Below, one piece after another: positions 9,715-19,900 of a stretch of 36,032 bases of DNA. The DNA is from Caecitellus pseudoparvulus (lineage: Eukaryota; Protista; Bigyra: Bicosoecida). The translations under genes and the position numbers were made by a program. The stretch lies in NCBI GenBank assembly GCA_965644315.1, contig CBFFRQ010000116.1, positions 1 through 36,032 on the forward strand. Reading direction: 5' to 3'. Within the stretch, counting starts at the first letter, position 1. Each line of letters opens with the position of its first letter. The notes under the pieces are model-generated. The model saw nothing but the letters and a program-made list of their open reading frames with translations. It made no database searches and was not told the DNA's origin.

Positions 9715-12042
9715 ATGGCTGCTCCAGGTGGTGCTACGGGCGTCCGTTTGCAGGTACGTGTGAAACGCCAGTGCCTCTTTGAGGCACCCAAAACGAGACA
9801 AGCGCAGAGTAATTCTCGACATCAATAGTGGCAGTCGACGAACAATTCTCTTCTCTGTCCGATTTCATTGCAGATCAGTGATGAAATTGAACATGCAGCG
9901 CCTGAAGCGAGAAGTACCAACGCAAGCGAAACGCTGGCAGGGCGGCGTGGAACCAAACGCCCACGGTCTCCTTCGAGTGAGACCTCTTCTGCTCATACTC
10001 TACAGAAGCTCTTGTCTGTGATGAAAGGTGGTATTGAAGCCATCCTAGGCCTTCAAGGGTCATTGCTGAAGGCACACGAGGACATCATGCGCGACTCAGG
10101 GCTTCTTCGCAGGGTTCAACGCCACCAAGCGTCAGGTGTACCTCTAGACCAACGCAAGCCCAAACGCCCTGTACTTCCAGATGTCAGTGATGCCTGTGCC
10201 GAGCGTCTTCTCGCCTCCGAACGTGATTGTCGCTCATATACTGGCTTGGGCTGTGACGCTGCGCGGACGCTGATGGCAGCCGTCCTATGCTCGGTCCAAG
10301 ATGACCCAGTCGCCTGCAAGCAGCTGCTCTCCGTAGATGTAACATACAGCCCACGGACGCGTCTCCTGGCGGCCTTCATGCGAGTGAGGGGTGTGACAGC
10401 TCGCGTGGCTGCTGCATTGCTGTGCTGCAGTGAGATGTCTATCGGCCGTTGGACAAGAGCATGGCTTCCCTATGTTTCTGAGTATGTCATGCGCTACTTG
10501 CGCTGTGAGGTTCCCCCCTCTGTCCGTGAGGCCGGCAGGCTGGCATATAGTGGAACCCTTGGGCAGGTTGTAGGCGCCGTAGACGGCATGACTGTGCGCA
10601 TCCATGGCGACAACATGCAGTTTTACAACAGCCACCACAAGCACGAAGGGATTGAGTATGTGGTTGTTGTTCGCTTGGATGGCATGCCATTGGGGATAAG
10701 ACTGGCAGGCCGAGGGTCACAGAGTGAGCAGGCGAACGCTGCCCTGCTTGTCCAAGAGCTTGTCGACACCGGGGTACTGCATGACGGTGACATCCTCCTG
10801 GGGGACGCATTGTACGCCAGTGACTCAGGTTTCATCAGGGCAACTGCTCGCCCATCACATGAGATGCAGTTGGCCAAAGCAGCTTCTGCTCGACTCGAGT
10901 CTGACCTCGCCACGGAGTTGGAAGCCCCGTCCACTCAGATGCGTGCAACCGCAGCGCTGCTCTTCGTGCATGACCTCACAGACTCCTGGATGTCGGGCTT
11001 GCGCCTCGTTGTGGAACACTTCATTGGTGTCGTCAAGTCATTTAACTTGTCATTCAGCAATCAGCGGCCGTGTGCGCCTTTCTACTTGCGCGCCGACACT
11101 CTGCTCGACGCCTACGTGCACTGCGTAGTTGGGTTTGTGGCGTTCAGAATGGCTGTCGAAGGAACTCGTCTGCGTTCACGGACCTTCTTTCTGATCAAAA
11201 CTACGTGTGTGGGGCCACATAGACTCGCAGCCCTGGTTCGCAAAGCTTTGGTTGATCCTGCAACTGGCCTTGTGCAAAGCGAGGCAAAGTACGAAACCGA
11301 CCCTGCAAAGCGAAAAGTTCGAAGGTGCAGGGCACTTAGGCAGCAACTGTACGCAAAGTTGGTCGTGCCACGTCTTGGACAATACCCACACCCAAACACA
11401 ACAATTGCAGATTGTGCAGCATACTTCTTGAGAGCATTGCAGGTACTGCTTGATGTGGATGCCTCTGCTATCGACGAGATCGTTCAGGGGGGTGTCGCTG
11501 CAGTGAGAGAGAAAGGGGGCCGTGTAGAGGGCTCTGGTGGTAGTGTTCAGGTTCAGAGACACGGCCACAGTAGCGGTTTTGTTGCTGAAGTGGCAGTACC
11601 CAACACAGTAGCTGCATCGGTGCTGACGGCTGAACCAGATAGTGTACCAGGTCCACGCAGGTCCAGCAGAAGAAATGAGCGCCTTCCCGTAGAGCACGGG
11701 GATATTCGACGCACGGGCATTGAGGAATGGGGAACAGACGGAACGGTTGGCATGGGATACTGCCTCATGGAGCAGCAATCTGGCGAGGTGTGGGTTGCAC
11801 ATTGGTTTGACCCTGACGGGCAACCTGAGATGAACGAAGATGGTGCAGTCCTGAGCACTGAACTGGCGACACAAGCTGACCTTGCCGCCCTCAGACGAAA
11901 GACAGAACCTGTGCGACTACACGATGTGCAAGGTGAGCTTGAGGCAGAGTGCCCGCTGATTGCCTCAGCCATTGAATGGCAAGAAGCGCGGAAGAGTGGT
12001 GCTTGGCAGGCTCAGCTCAGTGCTGCGGAGCAATGCATTTAA
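9715..12042 (+). CDS. Harbinger/ISL2EU-like DDE transposase (DDE_Tnp_4/HARBI1-like) with a long C-terminal extension. Predicted exons 9715-9753 and 9874-12042.
   Basis: RSYTGL and an HTH-like SPRTRLLAAFMRVRG...CSEMSIGRW, then catalytic triad contexts VGAVDG, LLGDALY and RLVVEHFIGVVK, plus FYNSHHK. A phase-0 intron 9754-9873 (CAG|GTACGT...TTGCAG|ATC) links to ATG 9715. Stop is TAA at 12040-12042. Confidence 0.88.
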
Positions 12043-13492
12043 CCTTTCATGCGACGCATTTCAGCCAGTATCTCACTCAAGGTAGACTTCATTCCCCCGA
12101 TATCCATCGCCATGGTTGCTTGAGTCGCTTCCATCTGCGACAGTCGCGCATCGTGCTCCTTGACGGCATCCACAGCCATTTCAATTGAATCAGCAACTCT
12201 TACTGCATAGCTAGCGACCCCAGCTAGCTCTTGAGCCCTTTGTGCAGCATGTGTGGCTGCGCGCACATCCGATCCCGTAGTGGGGGTGCCACTGCCAGAA
12301 GAAGATTCAGGAGCTGAGACCGTTCCTTCCCGCCGCCTTCTCGCCTTCTGCCTCTGCGCTGAGTGCATCTGTTGCTGCTGCTCGAATGCAGCTGCTACAT
12401 TGGAACCCACTTCGAGTGAACGTTTCGTTCTCCTCGCAGTCTGGCTTCCGCTACTGCTTGGGCTGAGGAAAGAGTCTGTTGAAGCATCAACGCTGAGTTC
12501 AGAACCGCCGACGGCAGAGCTGTCCCTCACGGTCGCTGCCGAAGCTCCAGATATGCTAGCCGGCACCACACCACCCAGCAGGATCGAGTCAGTAGCCTGA
12601 CGTGCATGGACATGAGCCTCAGGCAAAAGGCCCGTGTCTGACAGCCCTGTCTCACCTGCTGTGTAGCTTCTGGACGAGCGATACTTACCACGGCTGACTG
12701 CCATGCCCTTGACCTGCTGGTGCAGGTCAGTGTATAGCCCAACTGCCCAAGCTTTAATCATCATGGGCATGTTGCTTTGGCAGAGGATACCGATATCACC
12801 CATGAACTCTTCTGGGGGAGTACTACAGAGCCAACACTGGCACCGGATGCAGGGTTGGGGTACAGCACTTCCAAGACTGCTCGCAGTGTGACTGCTTGCG
12901 GAACAGGTCGAAGAAGCTGTCCGCGCTCCCCTTCACTCAGCCTGTCGAAAATGTGCCGTTGGACACGCTGTAGGCGTTCGGCACACTTCTTCATGCTTGA
13001 TGTTGTCCGGGCTTGGTTGCGCAAGTACAGAGCGACGTTGCGCTCGGGTAGCCTCAGTAGCCCTTCTGTAAGGGCCACGTCAAGTTCATGGCTTTGTGGT
13101 AAGGAGCACCTTGCCACGCCTGTTGCACCAACGGCATCCAAAGCTTGCCATGGCGGATACAAACCCATATCCTGTGCCTTCGGTATGCACACCGTCCGTT
13201 TTGGCCCTGCATCAGCCTCAGCCGCTGTCTGAGCCAAATCAGGCAACGCACAGTTCAGCAAATGTTGAAACGGAGAGGACGAGTCACTTGACATTGACGG
13301 GGTAAGCGTTGTGTCCCCTCCTGGCGCGTTGATCTGCCGTAAAAGGAACTTGTGTGCAGCCTGCAAAAAGCGAAACGCCACGTCAAAGACCAAATGACTA
13401 CACACGCGCGTCAGTCCATCCAAATACATGCTACGTACCATAAACACAAGCCCCGCAATCACGTTAGCAGTATCCTTTGGTTTAAAGCTCAC
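12039..13492 (-). CDS. Transposon accessory ORF2 of unknown family with a C-terminal coiled coil, split into two frames near 12815
   Basis: Two overlapping ORFs (12761-13492 and 12039-12803) lie inside the TIRs and join with one extra base in the G5 run at 12814-12818 (VVLP-PEEFMGD). There is a basic NLS-like RQKARRRR and a heptad C-terminus. The start codon is uncertain. Confidence 0.6.
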
Positions 13493-13874
13493 TGAAACGG
13501 TGGGGCATGCGCATTTGGTGCGGACTTCAAAGCAACATGAAACGCCAACGGCGGACGAACTTTTGAAGCCAGGTGTGGCACAATTTCAGGGAACCGACGA
13601 ATTATTTTTCAGTGGTAGCACAAGAGTACCCAAGTACACATAGTCGCGCTGGAAAATTATGACAGCGACGTGAGAAAACCTGATGAATCGATTTTATGCT
13701 GTGGTGGTGATTGGGCAAGCTCAAATTGCTAAGCGAAGCTCATAGACGTGTTCCTCAGATAAGATACATTTTTGCCAGACTATAGTTGGTGATGACCCTT
13801 TCAGTCACACACACCCAAATACCCCGCGCGCTCTCAACAAAATGATCCCAGGCATCACACAATCTGGACCCCTT

Positions 13875-13901
13875 GCGAAATCAGGCTATGGTAGGCACCC
13901 T
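13875..13901 (-). repeat. Right terminal inverted repeat GCGAAATCAGGCTATGGTAGGCACCCT
   Basis: Exact reverse complement of 9413-9439. Confidence 0.95.
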
Positions 13902-14035
13902 CCGATGGTGGTCACAAGCGAAGGGCTGAACCGGTTTTCCTCGTATTGCAGCAGCAGGCTGGACTTCCCCACCCCACTGTTGCCCAGTGTGATTAAATGC
14001 ACTGTCAACTCTGTGCTTGCGCTACCGGCAGCCAT
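13901..14035 (-). CDS. Rab-family small GTPase, N-terminal part (aa 1-45)
   Basis: ATG at 14035 gives MAAGSASTELTVHLITLGNSGVGKSSLLLQYEENRFSPSLVTTIG, with P-loop GNSGVGKS and switch-I TIG. It joins MDF at 9408 exactly when the transposon and one TSD copy are removed. Confidence 0.92.
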
Positions 14036-14456
14036 GGTTGTGAGAGCAGGGGAATCTGCGTTGCACGTGGAGCGTGTCGGAGTGTGCGCAAATTCCGCGA
14101 CATGCCCTGCGGACAGCTTCAGGGCTGTGCCTGGGCAGCGAAGGTCACATGCCAGTCCTACTTGTGCTAATGGCCCATGCCTACGTACGCTTTCGAGAAG
14201 AGGATGGTGGCGTTTGCCTTGCCGTGTGCGCGCGCGGTCCAGGCGTGTCGCGGAGGGAGTGCCTGGAGTAGCAGTACTTCGCACCACCACTTGACGGATC
14301 CTGGCCACGGGGCAGTCGGGACAGATCGGCACGTGAAGCGATGAACCTCGAATAATTGCCCGTTTGACGTATTTGTGACATTAATTTAACAGGCATGGAA
14401 GGGTGCCCCGAGCGCAGTGAGGCTCAATAGCTGAGGAGTGCGCTGCAACCGACTCA

Positions 14457-15926
14457 TCACAGCTCCTCACGTGCAGGCTGGTGCTCTCTGGAAAGCCCTG
14501 CTGCGTGCACAACCCGATCCAGCTCAGCCTGCGCGACTTCAGCCACGACAGCAGGGCTGTACTGCCGCAGCATGTCCTCCCTTGCCTGGCTGCCAAGCTT
14601 TTGCGCGAGGAGTGGGTCATCTCTCAGAGTTCGCATGGCCTAGCGCAGGTGCGTCCTGGAGGGCTCAGCCATGAGGTGCCCAGCAAAAGGACCGTCTGGA
14701 ACAGGCCTCAACCCTGCTGTGGGCAGGGGGATAGAGTTCTCCTCTGTCATGAACTGCGTGGGCCCGCTCCAGTTCGTGGCGATGATGGGCAGGCCCATGG
14801 CCATTGCCTCCACGTGGGGCCGCCCCCAGCCCTCCCCCCGAGAAGGCAGCACAAACGCGTCAGCTGGGGCATACAGGCGAGGCAACTTGGCATCACTGAC
14901 GGTCGGCACCAGCTGCACTTGTGGCAAGCTGCTGTACGGGCGCCTGAAGAAAAGACCAACCTGGCCCTCCCCGAGCTGCACCGTCTGGGGCGTGCCCTGC
15001 ATGTGCAAGGTGGGCACGTGCACGGCGGCAGGGTCAGTCGCATTGGCGTGCACGCGCATGACGTGCGTCTCCGGAACTGCGTGGGCATGCGTATCATCCA
15101 TGTCCACACACCACCAGGTTGGGTGCCACACGTGACCCTCGCCACTCCTTTGCAACTCCAAGTCATGCAACCTTGCAGAAGGATCCAGGAAACTGGGAGC
15201 ACGCCCTACAAAGCCACGCCCATCATGCGCGTGGGCCGGCTGCTCTGCCATTCGCTGCTTGATGCCCTGACAGTCGTGCGCCTGGCGAAGGTGCAGCTGC
15301 ACGGCGCTGGAAAAGTCACCCGAACTGTGGTAGGCTGACGTCAGCACGTGCAGGGCGACTCGCTCGCCCCCGTGAAACTCGGCCCAGAACGCGCTCAACA
15401 GCACATCCCACCCCTTCCGGTGCTCCCACTTGAACACGGACAGGAAGTTGAACGTGTCGCTTGGCACGCGCAGCTCATGCGGCGGCAGAGGGCTATGCAG
15501 TGCAGGGTCAAAGCGGTGGGTGTCTACCGCCTCAGGGACGACGCGAATGCGGGAAGGGTCCACGCCGCCGCTGCGGACGAAGATGTCTGCGTGAAATTGA
15601 GTTGGGACCCACACCTCCCCCATGCGCTGCAGGCGCGCTGGCCAACCGTCGGGGACTCTGTCCGTTTCGAACATGGTCCGGCCGATGGTGATGGCGGCGC
15701 TGGAGAGAGGGCACAAACTCGTGTGATAGTGCGCCGGGTGCCATGCCCCTGGTTCTGCGTGGCAGACAATGATGGTGGGCTTGTCTACAGGAAGCGGCGT
15801 GTGGTACAGGGCCAGCAGCTCCTTCCGGACGTGGACGTCCAGACCCGCGAGGAAAGCCCGCGAGAAGGAATCCCCATGCTGTGCATAAATCAACAGACGC
15901 CTCATGGAGGGGGGGTGCGCGATTGT
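14457..15926 (-). CDS. GT4 (glycosyltransferase group 1) protein containing an in-frame TAG at 14640-14642. 5' end unresolved.
   Basis: IGRTMFETD, EVWVPTQFH, FLSVFKWEHRKGWDVLL and DAFVLPSRGEGWGRPHVEAMAMGLPIIATNWSG (EX7E motif). After the TAG the frame continues AMRTLRDDPLLAQKLGSQAREDMLRQYSPAVVAE, a typical GT-B terminal helix pair, to TGA-TGA at 14454-14459. Confidence 0.85.
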
Positions 15927-16923
15927 CATCAAGCAACGATCCACCTGGTCAATGGAGAGGTTCACGCCAGCTTGTACGTGAACATAGGAATATAGTGGAA
16001 GTGGGAAAAAATGATCCGGTGCCCAACTATCGTGTGCGCGAAAGAGGCACATTGTACTGGTTCCTGCGAACCCACCTTTCAAAGGCCCAGCCTAGCCAAC
16101 TGCTACATGCAAGGACGGTAACTTCTAAAGCCCCGCTCCTGGCCCTGACACGGACTGCACTGGACATTCAAGTTCATGAAGGCTTCAAGTGAATTCGAAG
16201 GTTGCTTTCCTGGCCGGTCAGTGCACACTCTTCGCCCTCTGACCCGCCCCCACTCGCCTGCCCAAGGCGGCATCTTCACCTGTCAGAGCTGGGAAGTGCA
16301 CCGCCAACACTTGAGCTGCTTTCTACACTGGTCCGTACCTTGGACGTTTCAATGGCTTCTAGGGTCTTTTCTCGGCGGCAGTAGCAGGCGGATCAGATCG
16401 TGCTCAACTGAGGCCAGCGATTGTTGCTTGCGGCAGAGGAGGAGCCCTTGACCCTCCTGGCGGTTCAGAGGCAGTACGTGGTGAACGTGGCGGCTGTTCG
16501 AGGAATTTGCATCCAATTGTTGGCGCACCTGTCTTCCTGTCTGACATTCCACTTGCACGGCCAGGCGCCTTCCGCCCTGTCGAACTGCCTCATCTCCACT
16601 CACTTGATCTTTTTCAGGGTCTCCATGACACGCCGCTGGAGTGAATCCACTACCTTGAGTTCCAGTCATGTCAGGTCCAGAGCCTGGCGAGTTCAGGTAA
16701 ATCGCTGGCTCCCCTCCAACAACTCGGCACCACAAGTCACAAGTTCCATACCTGCAAGCCTTCTCCATGGCGACAGCGAACTCAAGCGGCAGCAGCGGCA
16801 CTTGAGAGCTTCAAACATCAGGTATGCTGGCATGATGTCAAGTCAGATAATGCACATACGAGCTCAAACTGGGAAGGCCCTTGGACATATCGGGTCCAAA
16901 CTATGGTGCTGACAACTCGCAGC

Positions 16924-19900
16924 CTACAATCCTTGTGCAATGGATGTTGCCAGGCTCAGCTCCGATGCAGTCTCAAGGGCGGCTTGTGCCTGCAGCTCCT
17001 CTGCAAGTTGGGAAAGGGAGTCATGCTCAGGCGACTTCGTGGTCCTGAAGACCTTGCGTCTGTGCCGAATGGAGATTGGGGTTCCTGATGAGCGGGGGCG
17101 CTTCGTTGCGGCTGGAGATTTGGGAGGCAAGGCACTTTGTTCAAGAACGATGTCAACGTGCTCCTTCCTTCCCGATTTGGCAAGAGATAACTGTTCAGCT
17201 TCGGCCCGGAGAAGTGGCTCTATGGGCTCCGTCATGCACCATGTTCGTGGAAGCGGCCGGACAAAGGGTTCCTGTGAAAGCTGCTTCGCGACATGTCCAA
17301 GTGCAAGTGCCAAGCATGCTGGCGTGCAGGTCGAGCCCCCCAACGACGCCCGTGCCGGAGTCCAGTCAAAGCGGCTTCCTTTGGGATTTACCGCTTCGCA
17401 CACTTGATTGGATGCAGTTTGAAACCACCTGAAGAACGCTGCTGTGTCGACGACAACCCGCTGGCTACTCAGGGCTGCCAAGTCGTCCAGAACAGGAGAC
17501 AACAGGCTCTGCACAAGTGGATGATCAGGAGATCCAGTTGCATGCCCAGGTTCAAGTCGGTCAGGCGGTAGAAGGCCCCAAAGGGCAGCCTCTGCGTCAA
17601 CACAGAGCTGCCACGGCTTGGAGGGTTGCCAGCTCACCACGACTGGGAGCACACCGCCGGGCAGTGTGGGGATCAGTGCGGGAGATGTCAAGAGCAGGAT
17701 CACCTTGTTGGAAGTCTGCAGCAGTGCCCTTGCATGGCCAAGGTCGTCAAAGTTGGCTATGGGCACTGCCTGCTCAGAACACTCCCCTTGGGGTACTTCT
17801 CGCAGCAACCAGCTGCAGACCTCAGCGAACGCAGCCGAAGGTGCGGCAGAACCAGGCATGGACGGCTGGAGGGAGAAGGACGGTCTTCCTAGTCGGCAAA
17901 TCATTGACTTAGCAGCCTTGAACGCGACTTCGTCTGTCGGAACCACGTGGAAAGCGTGAGCTGAAACTTCTGCAGCTGCGTTGGGGGTGTCCGCAAGCGA
18001 AAATGCAGACAGCCCAGGCTCGCTGACCAAACTCTCATCGTCTTCAGAGTCGCCAGTGTCGCTTGACTCAGACGTTGCTCCTGCAAGTGGAGACGATGCT
18101 GATGGGGAGTCAGCCACAGACTTGACCGCTCCAAGCGGTGGGGCATGTCGTGGTTCATGGCTTTGCCCGGCGGAGCTGGCTGCCGTGACGCTCAACTCAG
18201 TGTTTGGGACGCTTGCTAGGGGGGCTGACGCACGAATACTTGGGGCAACGAGGCTCTCACTGACTGCCAGTTGTAAGGAGCTCGCTGCATCATGTGCACT
18301 CAACGGAGCAGATGTGTGGGTGGCTGGGGGTTTGCTGGCCCACGCCAGCGAGGTTTCAGGTGCATGGCGGGGGCTTGAACTGGACTTTGTAGCACCTAGG
18401 AGAGCAATAGCGTCAATATGGCTTGTTTCAAGCGGTCCTTTTGGAGCTTCGGATGTTCCCAACTCCAAGTTCTTCGGAGCACCCGGCAACAAGACCGGCA
18501 CAGATTGGTTTTTCACAAGTCCCAGGCCAGTTGGAAGCTGCAGGGGGCTTGACGATGGAGCAAACAAAGCTGCAGGTGACAAAGCTTGGGGTGGCTTTCC
18601 TGGTACCTTTCGAGATTTGTCTGAAGGAAGCGGGCTGAGCCAGTCCAGGGCAGGGGGGAGTCCGACTCCTTCGACCGCCTTGGCTTCCTCTGCAGCAGGC
18701 TGAGATGGAAGAGGACTTAGGTCGTCAGGCTGCATGGGAGTTTGCCCTTTGCCCGCACTCTCTGCACTTCTCGGGGCTGCCATTCCTGACACTCCTCCTT
18801 CAGAAGTCCCCGTGTCCGGCAGAATTGTGGCGTCTGCTCCCTTTGCAAGCGCATCGAGAGCCGCTATGTTCCGTAGTGCGCTTGTTGAGTGGGTGCTCGC
18901 TTCCAGCACAGGCGTGCTCGGCCCTTGGCGGTCAGCTGGCACGCCACGAAGCGCTGCAACTCTTTTCCAGCTCAGCGAGGTCCGTGGTCCGTAAACCGGG
19001 GCACGAGCTTCGAGCGCCCATCTCCGCGCACACACAATGGCTGCCCGAGAAGCCCGTGCGCCTTGCTGAGAAGGGCCACTGTGTGGAGAGCGCACCAAGC
19101 TTGGGGTGAAGGTTGGTTTCGCTGATGCTGGAAGAAGCGGTGTGGACCGAAAGGACAACTTTGTGCCCCTGTCGCTTCGGGAAACAGAGCCACCAAGAGT
19201 TGAGATGACAGTGTCAAGGGCAGACTGGCTGTCGACACCGAACATCTTTTGGGCTGCAGCCTCTGACAGAGGGCGGCCGTGCTTGGCCGACTCGTCGTAC
19301 AGCTTGGCTGCGACCAGCTGCATGTTGGGAATGCCCCGGTGCATGAGGCAGGCTTGCAAGTACGGGGCTTCCTGGCAGACGCGAAAGTACTGGGCAGGCA
19401 GCTCGCACACAAAGAAGGAGAGGGCTCGCAGCGCTATTTGCATGTGCTTGTCTGCAAGAATGTGGGCAGGGAGTGTGGAAATGCTGTTGATAATAGAGGA
19501 GTGCTCGTCCTTCTTTGGCATCATCATGAGGACGAAGTACGAGCGCATCTCAGCTTCGGCCGGGGACGCCAGTACCTCTTGATCCACAGGCACACCGCTG
19601 TCTGTGTCATGGGAAAGCAGGCTCGTTTCGTGTCGCTTTCGAGCATCACTGTACAGCGTCATCAGGGTCTTCAGCGCGTTGTTCAGCTCAGCATCGTTCA
19701 GACCTCCTTGAAAATCCGGTTCCTCGCAGAGTTCATAGATTGACAGAACATGAAAGCGGACAATCTGCTCATGAACTTGCATGGCGAGTGCGTCATTTCG
19801 CCCTACACCGTAGCCTTGGACGCTGAAGTCGCTGCGGATGGCCCTTGTACGGTCGAACGTGAAATTGAAGATGTCGAGGAGCGATGGGGAACCTGGCATT

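Larger units (their letters stand above)
9413..13901. mobile_element. Full-length PIF/Harbinger-superfamily (PHIS group) DNA transposon, 4,489 bp
   Basis: Perfect 27-bp terminal inverted repeats and a flanking direct repeat CCG at 9410-9412 and 13902-13904 (alternatively a 5-bp TCCGA with 26-bp TIRs). Encodes a DDE_Tnp_4-type transposase plus a second convergent ORF, and interrupts a Rab CDS. Confidence 0.93.

Noticed and set aside
9715-13492. Prokaryotic IS5-like element or an RNA-guided (TnpB/Fanzor) system
   Set aside because: The context is eukaryotic with a spliceosomal intron in the transposase. No RuvC motifs or CxxC zinc ribbon were recognisable in ORF2.
14036-14332. N-terminal extension of the Rab ORF (MPICPDCP...)
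   Set aside because: It starts at a non-ATG codon in a eukaryote and lies in the CpG-rich promoter/5' UTR. ATG 14035 gives a normal Rab length.
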